DNA of 64,000 nt, taken from Octopus sinensis (lineage: Eukaryota). The notes under the pieces were generated by a model. That model had not been told where the DNA came from. It did no database searches and saw nothing but the letters and a program-made list of their open reading frames with translations. Location of the stretch: NCBI RefSeq assembly GCF_006345805.1, contig NC_043011.1:33926464-33990463 (forward strand), given 5' to 3'. The position numbers were made by a program, and so were the translations under genes. Positions 14,016-27,437 of the stretch are shown piece after piece; within the stretch, counting starts at the first letter, position 1; the number at the start of each line of letters is the position of its first letter.

Positions 14016-14098
14016 AAGCTTACATCTGTTTCTACTATAAGATGCAATGCACTCATAGCTGAATGCTTGAGTATCACCCTATAGTTTCATCAGAGCTT
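14016..14098 (-). ncRNA. Type I hammerhead ribozyme motif with extended stem II
   Basis: The minus strand reads AAGCT-CTGATGA-[54-nt hairpin]-GAAA-C(AGAT)G-TA-AGCTT. Stem I is 5 bp and the core is intact. Confidence 0.7.
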
Positions 14099-14452
14099 CA
14101 AAGATGAAATGCAATTTATTAAGGAAAAACATTTATATTTGTGTACATACATGTAACACAAGTATATACATGTAAGTTAATGAAGTCCATAACAATTGTT
14201 TATTCCATTGTTATCCAAATTTCTTATAACTGCTCTGTACTCAAGTAATGTTTCATTCTGAAGCATATGTATATTGAGTTTTAACACCAGGTTCTTCATA
14301 TCGCAGTGTCTGAGAGAAATATTAAAATTTATATAAGATGGATCTCTCAATAGCTTCAGCAACGTTCCACTTGTTTGATGAAATGAAATACATAATCATA
14401 GTCTAATTAACAGTCTGAGTGGCTGAAAATTCCAAAGAATTTGCATCTTTAA

Positions 14453-14681
14453 CCCTTTAAAATTTAAACTGGTTATATCTGACCCAAATATTCAAACTTG
14501 ATTTATGTGTGAGCACCGATTAGATCCGGCCTCTCATACCTATCCTACAACATCATTCTAATAATAAATAATCACATCATTGAAATCTCATGGCTATAAG
14601 TTGATGCATGATTAATTCAAAATGATGTGAATGAATAAGCATTACATGCAACAGAGTAAGAGGAATCTGAATGCTAAAGGG
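14453..14681. mobile_element. piggyBac-type MITE (other copies about 19873-20095, 32207-32425, 42022-42222, 54881-55070, 63297-63522)
   Basis: TTAA|CCCTTTA...TAAAGGG|TTAA termini. About 200-230 bp of shared interior recurs six times in the window. Confidence 0.75.
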
Positions 14682-16050
14682 TTAAGTTAATATTCAGGCA
14701 GAATAAGCAGAAACAGGCAAAAACGATACTTTTTTTTTATTTTTTAAAGGGGAGCAGGCATAGTATTGAATTAAATTAGTATGCTAATTTTTTTTTTTTG
14801 TTTTTTTTATTCGGTCCCAGATACATCAAGCCAAATATGTGACTTACTTAGACTTATATCCATCACAAGACCTAGGGATGATAAAACTGGGGCTTAAACC
14901 AGTATATGTTACAACACTAACTCCTGAATGAGATGCTAGTCCATTGAAGAGTTAACTTCTCAACTGTTGCTGGAGCTTAATTACAGCTGAGTGAATTGGA
15001 ACAACATGAGATGAAGTGCTCTGCTCAAGAAACACACTCCACTGTCCAGTCTACAATCTTACATCCATGAGCGCAATACTCAAGCCACTAAATCAAGAAC
15101 ATTTGAAAAAGGGTTCCCACAATAAGTGCCTGAGAAAAATCTGCTTCATTTTCCAGCACAACAAACTATTAATTGATGGGGGTCATGTTACACACTTGGT
15201 TCAATTGAGTGGTCTTTGAAATTAAACACCAATGGCTCAGATGGCCAGGTAACTCACTCAGAAAGGATCAGGACAGAATGCCAAAGGTAGCATTAAGACA
15301 GACACCACCAAGGAACTGAAAGCTTGAATGGTCAAGAACATCTGCCATAGAACTGTTGAAGGTGAGCTAAGAGAAATGCATTATTTCTGATACATCAACA
15401 TTTCTATAAAAACTCTAGCTTACAATAATAATAACAACAATAATAATTCTTTCTACTATAGGTACAAGACGTGAAACTTTGGGGATAAGATCTTGTGGAT
15501 TACATCAACACCAGTGCTCACCTGATACCTACTTTAAGTGACCCAGAAAGGATAAAGGGCAAAGTTAGCCTTGATGGAATTTGAACTAAGAATGTAAAAC
15601 TACAAGAAATAAATAACAATCCTTTCCACAATAGATACAAGGCCTGAAGTGTGGCAAGAATGGAGCTTGCCAATTACACTGACTACATTTTGGTAATCTC
15701 AATTTTCAGATCTCCATATTTGTCAACCTTTTCTCTTTCTTTCATGACAACATGCTGATCTCCTGGCACTGCCACAACAGTTATTAGGCACTCTTAAAAG
15801 ATACTATATCCAGCCATTGGTATTCAAACACTTTGTCTGTCTGGAAGTCAAAGTCCCAGAGGATTTTTGCCTTTATTATTATTATTTAAGGTAGCAAGCT
15901 TATGTTCTGAGTTCAAATTCTGCTGAGGTCAATTTTGCCTTTCATCCTTTTGGGGTTGATAAATTAAGTACCAGTTGAGTACTGGGGTCAATGTAATCAA
16001 CTAGGCCCCTTCCCAGAAATTTCAGGCTTTGTGCCTATAGTAGAAAGGAT

Positions 16051-16416
16051 TATTACCTCTTCCTTAGCAAAGGTGGAGGTATTGTTTTCAGTTGTGTGTT
16101 TGTTTGTCCATGGACAAGACATCTCAAGAACCACTGGATGGATTTGGATGAAACTTTCAGGGATGTTTGGCCTCATGACTGACTCAAACTGATTAGATTT
16201 TGGGATTGATCCTGTACATGACAAGGATTCTGGATTATTTTTCCTGTTTTATTACTTAATTTTTGAGAGCAGTCGGATTCATTTTTAGTATTCTCATTTG
16301 TGAGAGCAGTCAAGTATATTTCAGATAGTCTCATTTTAAAAGCCATCTCTGGCTAATCATTGAGAGGATGTTGGTGCTGCCTTGGTGGAGGTTTGTGCTC
16401 TCTGAGGGCACTTGTT
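16051..16416 (+). mobile_element. Helentron-associated non-autonomous element (HINE-like)
   Basis: 5' end tattacctcttccttagcaaaggtggaggtattgttttc plus a (tgtt)-type microsatellite. 3' end ccttggtggaggtttgtgctctctgagggcacttgtt. Inserted at a T-rich site. Confidence 0.65.
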
Positions 16417-18589
16417 ATTATTGCTGTTCTTTCAAACTTGCATACAAGAACTCAAATTTCTCGTGAGAACAGTTCTATTATATCATTCACAGTTGGCTGA
16501 AATTTATTTTATCACTTCCAGAAGGATGAGGGGTTAAGTTGACCTGGTTCAAACCAATATAAAGAATGCAACTTCAACTATCAAGTAGTCTTTAGTTGTC
16601 CATTTAATATGGTGCTATTGTAGTCTTTAGTTGTCCATCAAATATGGTGCTATTGTTTCAGCCCTAAAGTACCCTTTCATAATAATAATTATACAACTTA
16701 GATACATAAGCGCAGGCACAGCTGTGTGGTACGAAGTTCGCTTCCCAACCACATTGTTCTGAGTTCAGTCCAACTGTGTGGCATCTTCAGCAAGTGTCTT
16801 CTACCATAGCCTAGAGCCAACGAAAGTCTTGTGAGTGGATTTGGTAGGCAGAAACTGAAAGAAGCCTATTGTGTGTGTGTCCCCCAACACCATTTGACAA
16901 GCAGTGTTGGTGTGTTTACATGCCCATAACTTAGCAGATCAGCAAAAGAGACTGATAAAATTAGTACCAGGCTCAAAAAGAAAAATACTGAGGTCAATTC
17001 ATTTGACTAAAATTCTTCAAGGCAGTGCCCCAGCATGGCCGCAGTCTAATGACTGAAACAAGTAAAAAATAAAACATAGAAGGCCACAAATTTAATATTA
17101 GACAATAGCCAATTCAATCCAATTTGATACATGATAAGTACTTCATATTACTGGCCCGGAGTGGATAAAGGAAGATCTTAACCCAACCAGAATTTGAACT
17201 CGTAATGTGAAAGGCCACAACTAAATACTAGAAACCATTTATTCAAACAACCTACCAATGCTATCATTTACTGTCTGGAATGATGATCATTTCTAACAAA
17301 GGTCAGTCAATTTAACTGAGTCAAGTACTTAAGTTTCATTGACCTTGGGTGGTAAAAGAAACAGAAATCTACCGTATCAGAATTTGAACTCAGGGCAATG
17401 CCAAAACAAGATTGAAAACGGCAAGTTGTTTATTCCACTCTACTATAATTTCTACCACTCCACCACTTTCAATGATAATTATAATTCCCTCTAATTTTGG
17501 CAAATGGGAAGTAATTTCAGGGGGATGGTTGTTAGTTAATTACACTGACACCAGCATTTGATTGAAACTTTTTTTTTTATCACCCCCAAAAGGATGGAAG
17601 GCTAAGTAAGCCTTGGCAGTATGTGAACATAAAGCACCAGAAAAAATGTTGCTGAGCATTTTATCCAGAGCGAATGGTTCTGCTATCTCATTGCCTTACT
17701 TTCAATAACAATACCAATAATTCTATCAAATTTTGGCACAAGGCCAGCAATTTTATGGGAGGGGTGGTAAGTTGACTACATTAACCCGAGTGCTCAACTA
17801 ATTCTTATTCTATTGACCCCATAAAGATAAAAGACCAAATAAATCTTGACAGAATTTGAACTCAGATTGTAAAAGTGTCAAAAGAAATATTGTTAAGTAT
17901 TTTGTCCAATGCCACCTTATTTTCAATAATAATAATTATGGTTTCAAATTTTGGCACAAGGCTGGCAATTCTGAGCAACTGGGTAAATTGATTACATCGA
18001 CCCCAGTGATCAACTGGTACTTATTTTATCAACCCTGAAAGGATGAAAGGTAAAGTCGACCTTGGCTGTATTTGAACTCAGAATTTAAATTTGAACGATA
18101 TGCTGCTAAGCATTCTGTCTGGAGCGCTAATGATGATTCTACCAGATTTCTGCCTTGCTTTCAACAGCAATAATAATAATAATAATGGATTCCAATTTAG
18201 AAAAAGTCCAGCAATTTTGAAGGGAGAGATTTAAGCCTAAACCATCAACCCCAGTTCTTGACTAATCAACTCCCAGAGAGAGAGAGATGAAAGACAAGGT
18301 GTATTGTAAATCATTCAGCTATTGATGATGATGATGACGACGACGACGATGAGGATGACAACGATGATGATGATGATGATGATGACGATGATGATGACGA
18401 TGACGATGATGATGTCATCAATAAGCAAAACTGTAAACAGCAGGGTAACATTGACAAAAGGTTCTAAGATGAATTAGTACGAGGAGGAAAGCATCCATAA
18501 GGAAGAGAGGGAGAGCAAGTGAGAAAGCAAGAGAGGGAGAGTAGGAGAAAGGTTATTAGTAGTTGCAGAGAGTAAGTTAAGGTACACAC

Positions 18590-18766
18590 AGACAACATGC
18601 CATCATCAACAACAGGTGGAGTTTGTGACTGTTGCACAGAGAGGTCAGTTTGGTCATCAATCACAGTGGCTGTCTCATTGGTTGTACTATCCCCAGCCGG
18701 GGCCACAGCCAATTCAGGCATGATACTTGTGGTCGCAACAGTCTCTAGGACACCTCCGAAATCTTC
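18590..18766 (-). CDS. ITSN1: Candidate 177-nt in-frame cassette exon (EDFGGVLETV...VVDDGMLS)
   Basis: Acceptor gtttttgtgataatag and putative donor TCT|gtgtgt; phase 0 to 0. The sequence is non-repetitive with coding-like composition in an otherwise repeat-filled intron. It is not needed for frame continuity. Confidence 0.55.
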
Positions 18767-19052
18767 CTATTATCACAAAAACAGCAAACTTAGTAAATGG
18801 AGAACAGCCCAGTACAAAAAAAAAAAAAATGAAAAATGAAAGAAATTGCCATTGGCTGACAACAGATTTGGTAGAAGAGAAGTCAAAAGGTGCAACTAAC
18901 TAGTTAGGGGGTGAGCTACAATAGTAAGCTTTATGTAGAGGGATAGAATTCATTGTTAGATGGGATATATATACACACACACTCAAATCTATATATACAC
19001 ACATATATGTGTGTAAGTAAGCATGTGTGTGTGTGTATATAATATATGTATA

Positions 19053-19268
19053 TGAGGGCATGCTGAAAAGTTTCCGGTTTGGGGTAAAAATACAGGAGGA
19101 TCAGTTAATTATGGTTTTATTCAACATATTTTCCCCTCTCAGATTCACATACTTCTTGCAGTGGTCTTTCAGTTTTACTAAGCTCTGTAAAAGAACTCAG
19201 GAGGTTGAGCCTCCAACCAAATCTATTACAATACCCTTAAAGCCAGGAACATTTCAGCACCTCTTCGA
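19053..19268. mobile_element. Mariner-derived MITE (second copy 48659..48868)
   Basis: TIR-like ends gagggcatgctgaaaagtttccggttt and aagccaggaacatttcagcacctcttc. The interior is alignable with the copy at 48659..48868. Confidence 0.7.
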
Positions 19269-19373
19269 CTATATACATATATATATATACACACACACAC
19301 ACATACACATGCACATGTATATATATATATATATGTGCATGTGTGTATATACATATATACACACATGGATGTA

Positions 19374-19415
<42 letters not shown>

Positions 19416-21254
19416 AACATACACACATGGAATACTATGCAGACTATCTTATTAGTAGTGATGTTGAAGTAAGGAAGAAGGGAAAAGACAGATCTAAATG
19501 CCTTTGTTTCAATCCTGAATTGCGCTTTTAGTTTTCAATCTCAAGAAAAAGAAAATTGTATTCTGTTTGACAATGAATTTCTTTAAAACATTTTCTAATG
19601 AACTCAATACACTACTTGTATGTTTCAATTAATTTTGAAATAATCAGTAATTTAGAGACATTTAACTTAGTCTATTATGTTTTTTTTTTTTTGTTTTTTT
19701 ATTAATCTAGTGGTTTGAAGAAGAAAAAAAGTAGATTAGATAAAATTACAGTAGAACATTTCAATTTAAGACTGACAATAAACAAGCTCTTTAAAATGGA
19801 TAACATCTACCATAAAACTGGAAGCAATTTCAGGCAGGGTGGTTGCCAAAGGATTAATAGTCACTGATTTAATCCTTTAGTATTTACATCAGCCATATCA
19901 GACCCAAATATTCCACCTGTTGGATTTCAAAGCAGCCAGATCTGGCCTAGCAAACCCGCCCTACAATGTTATGCCATTCTAAAAATGAACAACCATATCA
20001 CTGAAAGTTCAAAGCTACAAAAAATGCATGGTCTCTTCAAAATAATTTGAATAAACAAGCATTAAATTTGGCAGAAAAATTTGAATGCTAAACGGTTAAG
20101 GAATAACAAATTTTTTACACACTGAAACCAACTAAAGAATTGAATATGATTTATTTTAACATTAATTGCTTTCATTTATAATGATTTTATCATTAAAAAA
20201 AACACACCTTCCTCAAATATAGTAACTAAAAGTTCACCATCCCATATATACAGCATATTGTAAAACACTCTAAAGTTCCCAAGTTCATACATAGACACCT
20301 TCTTCCAAAGCTGTAGTCGGAATCTCTTTCTTCTTATTAATTACTACTATTCAAATGACACATTCAATGGAGAAATGGAACATTCAACATTTTACAAATC
20401 TGTCACAAAAGTCATTTAAAGGTTTCCAAAGAATATTGAGGTTTTAGATTCGTAATTTCTGTGAGTTAGTGAATTATTTACAAATCTGAACATGTATTTA
20501 AGTGAACTATTATTGTCTAATATATGTTGATATATTGAAAGGAGACAATCAGAATTTTGTTTCATTAAATCCTTTTAATTCATATGTAGCCATTGGATTT
20601 GTTACAATACTATTTGTCTTGACAACACTTGAAATCTTGTTCCTGTTCTTCATGTCTTTATTACCAACCTTCCAACTTAAATTTTGATGTGAAAGATTGT
20701 GAATTAAGCTCTGTTTTTCGTTTGCATGAATAACGACAAAGTTCCAAATATACATTCAAGATGAAAAAAGAAAATTTCTGAAATTTTGCTAATATTCTCT
20801 TCCTCCACTAAATGTGTCAAATATACCAAAAAAATTATCATAGCTATCACTCAGAAACGAGTTGAACCTGGGAATCATGTATTAAGGCCTTTGCTAATTG
20901 TTTCCAGTGTCTATGTACTCATGAGCAGACATAGGCACCCTCACAGACCTTGCAAATTTTGATTGAGCAGAACATTAATGATGTAACACTTAGAAAGAGA
21001 GAAAGCTACACAATCACTCAGTTGGTACTCATATTCAGCTGAGTATAAACTGAAGCAACACAAAACAAAGGAGACAATATGCTGCCTGATTCAAGACTGG
21101 AACCCAGAATTTTTCGAACATAAACCCAACACCTTGAACCCCTAGGTACACTTCATGGTTTAGTTTTGCTTGCTATGCTCCCAAACACCTTGCACTCAAT
21201 ATCATTGTCTTATACCTTCACAACAAAACCCACTGTGTTTTACAATGTTAGAAA

Positions 21255-21284
<30 letters not shown>

Positions 21285-21286
<2 letters not shown>

Positions 21287-21802
21287 CTAGCAGCATAGCC
21301 CGGCATTGCGCGGGTATGTAAGAGCCCCTGGAGCAGACATGATGCTCGCTGTGAATTTTTAAAAAATTCCTGCCAATTTGTGAAAGATATTGTCGAAAAT
21401 ATGTCATCTTGAATTTGAACGCGATCTCCCAAAATGGTATGATTTTATCGATTTTTTTCTGATGGTAAGGTATTGCATGGAAAACTAACGTCAGAATTAA
21501 GTTTCTTAGGGTAACATTAAGCTTCAACATGAGTTTGGTCAAAATCGATTGCAAGTTGCGAAAACTACAACAGAAAATGTGTTGCAAATAAAAAGCTTAG
21601 ATTCTCGACCCCATGTCGAATTTATCAATTTTTCTCAGAACTGGGGGAACTTCTCAAAATTTTCGCTGCGTTAGTTTTGAATTATGACATTGGGCTATGT
21701 GTGTATCAAGTTTCATCAGAATCGGTTGAAAGCCATGGTCAGGGTGAGGGTACAACCTGACAGACACACAGCAGACAAACTGCCGTTTATATAGAGAGAG
21801 AT
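21285..21802 (+). mobile_element. Non-autonomous Helitron/Helentron-type element (DINE-1/Lep1-like architecture)
   Basis: It begins tACTAGcagcatagCCCGGCattGCGCGGG and carries the aagtttcatcagaatcggttg block and a GACA-type microsatellite before a cgtttatatagagagagat end. Confidence 0.7.
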
Positions 21803-22118
21803 GTATATCTATAGTAATGAATGACAAAAGAACAAGAGTTATGTAATCACATCTATTAGCTTACAGATGTTTCTGCTTTCAAAAGTAGTGTACTCAGAGC
21901 TGAGAGCTTGTGCAACACTCTATAGCTTTCTTGAACCCATGATAAATACATAAGTCACAATTAAATAAACAGCTTCCGGAAGAATGTAATCAGATATTAG
22001 TCAACAGACAATACACCTATCATTTTGAGGGGATAATAATTTAATGTTCTGCTCCTTAAGCTAAACAGCTACAGTGATTATTAAACCAAAACTTAACAGA
22101 GGGTGAGATGGGATAACA

Positions 22119-22262
22119 CTGAACTAAACTTTGAAACTACGTTACATATACAATAGGTACACCTTACTAGAGAAAACAAAAAAAGAAAAACTGAACTAAA
22201 CTTTGAAACTACGTTACATATACAATAGGTACACCTTACTAGAGAAAACAAAAAAAGAAAAA
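22119..22262. repeat. Exact 72-bp tandem duplication
   Basis: ctgaactaaactttgaaactacg...gaaaaa occurs at 22119 and 22191. Confidence 0.9.
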
Positions 22263-22663
22263 AAAAAGAAGGTGAGGTTTAAATGAATACACTTTATAAT
22301 GTACCAAAACATCATAAGAAATATCAAGTGCAAAGAACAAGCATAATATATAATATATAATTTATAACTTACACTTAAATTATGTAACAAGGACTAAACT
22401 TAAAGAAAGGTGACTGATAATGAACAATAATTTAAAAAAATACGATCAAAGCACTACAATAGTAATAATAAAACTGACACAGAAAGAAAATGTGCAAATC
22501 ACACTTAAATTATACATATATTTGTCTGTGTATATACACTCATATATATTGTATGTATATAAAAACATGTGTATATATACATGTATAGATACACATATAC
22601 ATATGTGCATGTACACATACTTATAAACATACATATAGACATACACAATATACATGCATAAAT

Positions 22664-22707
<44 letters not shown>

Positions 22708-25079
22708 GTAAGCAATTTAAAATTAACTTAAAGATTCAAGTATCACACTTTTGAAATTAATTGCAAGATATAAAAACAAAATAACAAAAAACATAATACA
22801 TACAAGACAAAGATCACATAATGATTCAACATAGTTTCGGTTTTAGCATGATCAAGGCAGCAAAATTGATTGAGATTATTCGTTTAGGCTTGAAGCTCAC
22901 AAAGAAGTCGCGAAACAAATGGCAAAGCAGATCACAATCACAATGTTACTCAAAGACTTAACAGTTGAAAGAATTTCATTGCTACTATGCAGCAAGCATG
23001 CTCTTTAGGTTCCACATTATCAAATTCTCTGTCATTTTTGTATCTTTGAAAAACATTAAAGAAAATTTTTGAAGACCCCAGTTTTCCAGTATGAACACTG
23101 TGACCTCCAGCTTTTCAAATTCCATATTAAACATCTTTACCCAGCAAATATCTCACAAATCCAAGTGCTTTTTCAGCCCTTCTTTCTCACATACAGTGTA
23201 CAATAACTGTCCCTGACACTTATGTACTCTTTCATTCCACTTTACCACTTACTTAGAAAAAAAAAAAAAAAAAAAAAGACTTATGTTGCTTTTATATCAT
23301 CAACAATCATTCTGATTTCAAACTAATAATTTAATAAGGGCAATTTGTTTCTCGTTATGCTTAAAATCTTGGACCACAGTTAAGATGAATGACTAAATGA
23401 TTTTAATCACTGCTACCTTCAGTTTATACTATCAACCAAGAATGGTTGAGATTGTTAAGCTGTCTGAAAGAACCGAGTAATTTATCCTTAAGTCTCACAA
23501 CAGAACCAAAAGAATCAATCTCATAGCTGTGTTGATTCAGTCAGCTGACCAACCAAAATGAGCAACAATTTGCTAATATTTAAAGGGGAAAAAATAATGA
23601 AGGAAGGATACTTATGATTACTTAGTCCCAGATATATAAAAGGAACGAAATGGTCAGAGAGAGAACACTTGATTATAAGTGTACTCAATCAGAAGTAACC
23701 TAGGGCTAAACAGCAACTGCACACTTAAAGAATCAAGGAGGAAGGTTCCCATGTAGTTGCTTGGCCAGCTAGAAATAGCAGCCAAATCTTCCTCAAATCA
23801 CATTCTACTGGATACTAAGGATACACTGGATAATGTAGCCCTAGATCATCATCATCATATTTTACATCCATTTTCCCATTATAGTATAAGTCAGATAGGA
23901 CTCGATGGCCACAGCCAGAGCACCTTTGATAACAGGTCCTGATTAGGGTTGATGACAGGATACCACACATTATCAATTTAATACCATCATAAAACTTCAT
24001 TAACAACTAATTCACATTTGTCAACAAATTTATATGAATGGTCATAAAATTTATATGAATGAAAGTTATTACCTAAATAACATCAAGTATACAAGAATCT
24101 GTTCCTAATTTTCTGTTTTTATGTCTGTACATTTTTTTTTTTTTTTCCAGATATTGCTTCCATGATATATTTATCTTTTTAGTGAATGTAACATGAAGAA
24201 GGAAAACTCTGGTGTAAAACCTCTGCTGCCTTGCAGCTACATCCAACTTTGTGAAAGACTATGGGAATTAACCCAGAGAAGAAATCCAGAGCCGGAGTTC
24301 CAAAGTGGTCAATGAAAAGGATTTATCCAATCTATTGGCCAGCAACTCCTGCAGCCAGAAAGGCCACCATTTGCAAAGATCTTCATGCCAGTGAACCCTG
24401 ATTTCCGAGGCCAAGAGAATGAAACTGTCTTTGTGCCAAGGCTTTCCCACCATACTACATTCACACTCATGTCTCTGTGTTGTACACTTATGTCTCTTTT
24501 CTTTCCAAAGTCCTGCAGCAATGGGAAAGCAGTGAAACAATGAGTGGAGGTAACCATTGAGTTGTAGCTGTAAACCTGCACACATGCGGTGCTTGGATGA
24601 GTGGTCCTTCTTCACTGAACCTAGGGCAGAGGAGGAGTCCAGAAAGATTGGGCAGTTCATTTTTTGGGGTGGGGGCATGAAAAAATTGAAGGGAACCTAA
24701 TCAGAATCTGAACTCAGAAGATATCTAAAGACAACAAAGTGTTTCTGCCACCCACCTTTGTTTTTGTGCACATACCTACATACATATTTTACACATATTT
24801 ACATATACATTACACATATACATACATATATTACACATATACATACATATATACATACACATACATTACACACACATATATACACACACATACATTACAC
24901 ATATACATATACATATATATATATATGCATACACACACACACACATACATACAAACGTTTCTCTCTTACAAGACTTAGCCTTGCGCATAACCCAAGCAAA
25001 TCATTGTTACTACATTCATCAGTTTCATATTTATTTCAGTTTATAAAAATCAAAAGACAGTAAAAAGAACAGGGCTTAC

Positions 25080-25249
25080 CTGAACTTCCATTTTCTTCAC
25101 ATAGTTAGCAGGAAATATTCCAGATCGATCGCCAATATTACCAGTCCACCAGTCACCTTCCATTGCCATAACAGTAATCACATCTCCTTGGTTAAAGGTT
25201 AAATCACAGGGTTCATCAGAAACGTAATTATACATCGCTACATATTGAA
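25080..25249 (-). CDS. ITSN1: Intersectin SH3C ([57 protein letters not shown])
   Basis: Acceptor ttcttccag and donor gtaagc. It encodes a complete SH3 domain; phase 1 to 0. Confidence 0.96.
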
Positions 25250-25269
25250 CTGGAAGAAATAGACACAGA

Positions 25270-25790
25270 ATAGATGGTTGATTGATTGATTGATTGATTG
25301 GTTGGCTGGTTGGTTGGTTGGTTGGACGGTAGAGAGATAAGATGTGGGTGAAAGGGTGGATGGATGGATAGGTAGATAGAAGGATGGATGACAGATGGGT
25401 GGGTGGACAGAAGGGTGGGTGAGTGGATGGAGGGGCAGATGGATAGGTAGACAGAAGGATGGATAAACTGAATGGTGGGTGGACAGAAGGATGGATGGAC
25501 AGAAGGGTGGATGGACAGAAGGGTGGATGGACAGAAGAGTGGATAGATGGATGGATGGAAGGATGAATGGACAGATGGGTGGATGGACAGAAGGGATGGG
25601 TAGATGGGTAGGTAGATAGAAGGATGGATGGACAAATGGGTGGATGAATGGGTAGATGGATAGGTAGACAGGATGATGGATGGACAGATGGTTGGAGGGA
25701 CAGAAGGGTGCATAGATGGATGAGGTAGGTGGATTAATGAAAGGATGAATGGGTGGAGGGACAAGTAGATAGATAGATGGGTGAATTGAC
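25270..25790. repeat. Complex (GATT)/(GGTT)/(GGAT)-derived satellite with gatggacagaagggtg units
   Basis: Purine-rich tetranucleotide-derived array immediately 5' (in transcript sense) of the SH3C exon. Confidence 0.85.
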
Positions 25791-27437
25791 CAATATAGAG
25801 AGCAAATACTTAGCAATAAGTAGACAATATTCATGGCATTGCTAGGGTAGTTGTAGCCATCCCTCATTTGAAGAGGTGGCTGCATAGATAATATGGAGGA
25901 ATGACAAACATGCTATGATGTGGGTGAAAAGAGTTTGGTCATTCCATAGTGGTATCAATGCTGAATGACATCACTAGACAGAACAATACTGTTGAAAGAT
26001 GTCAAAACTGTTTTAATCTGCAGTTAACAACTGTTAACTGCAACATTCCAAAGAGCAAGCTATGAATAGAATAACCACACACATACACACACACAAACAC
26101 AAATTTTAAAGGTTCACTTGATTTTAGGTCTGTTTTTCCATGCCAGCATGGGTGAGATGAATATATTATTGAGGCACTATTTTACAGCTGGACTCCCTTT
26201 CAGTCACTGACTCCCATGTGTTTTGCAAGCAAGGGATTGCTTACACCACATATCCTTGAAGGTGTAAAGTGACAGGATAGCTTGGCGAGAAGGAAAATGA
26301 CAGCAATACCATCGTCTGTAGTTGAAACACATTTTCAGAAGAGGACAAATGTAAACACACACACGTGCAACCATACATACACTGATATATATATATATAT
26401 ATATATAAACATATCTTGTGATTGAATTTGGTAGGCACAAGTTTCTGCTGTGTGTGAACGTGTGTCAGTGCTTGAGCCTCCTAACAGAGAAACAAGATAT
26501 TACACACACACTTGAATGTGCTGTAATCTACCGACTCATCACATCCTCTCAAACTGTCCAAACTATGCCACCACAGAAGATGGACATTACATGATGATGG
26601 TAATGATGATGACATAGACAAGAGGCTTCTTTCAGTTTTCTTCTGCAACATTCATTCATAAGGCTTTGCATGGCTGAGACTGTTCTAAGAAGTATTTGCA
26701 CAAGATGCCACAAAGTGGGGCTGAATCAAAACACACATAGAAAGCTAGTTTCACAATCACACAACCATACTGTTTTTGTACATTTTTAAGGGGTGAGTTT
26801 ATCTTAAATCTGTCTTTAAGATCTGTAACAATATCTCTAATTCTAAGGTGATAAATATTTAACAGTAAGAGGTAAGATATGGGTGAGTTAATGAATGAAA
26901 GTGGTTGTTTATCAACCCCAGAATCATGAGAGGTTGAAGTTGATTTATGAGGGATTTGAACTCAAAATGCAAAAAGGTGGAATAAATATGACAAACCATT
27001 TTCATTCAATGATCTAATGATTTTATCAACTCACCACCTTTTACAGAAAATATACAGGTGCAGGCATGGTTAAGAAGCTCACTTAGCAAACACAAGGTTT
27101 CAGGCTCAGTCCCACAGCACAACAACTTGGGCAAGTGTCTTCTTCTATAGGCCCAGGCTGCCTGATGTCTTGTGAGTGAATTTGGTAGATGGAAACAGCA
27201 TGGAAGACCACAGTGCGAGTGTCTGCACCACTGCTTGGCAAACAGCGCTGGTTTGTTTACATCCCTGTAACTTAGTGGTTCAGTAAAAGACAGTGACCAA
27301 ATAAGTGCCAAACTTCAAAAATAAGTACTGGGGTCAACTAATTTGATGAAAAACACTTCAAGGTGGTGCCTCAGCACACCTGCAATCCAATAACTGAAAC
27401 AAGAATAAGACAAAAGATAAAATATATTTATATCTAC

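Noticed and set aside
16586-16655. 35-bp direct repeat pair (and the 72-bp pair at 22119) as a CRISPR-like array
   Set aside because: The units are adjacent with no spacers, there are only two copies, and the context is eukaryotic intron.
24268-24678. 136-aa ORF
   Set aside because: It has no recognisable domain or phase-compatible splice sites. It is possibly a decayed LINE fragment but I cannot support a family call.
25228-25885. Long ORFs of 178 and 215 aa rich in HPS/IHP
   Set aside because: These are translations of the (GGAT)n-derived satellite, open only because the repeat lacks stops.
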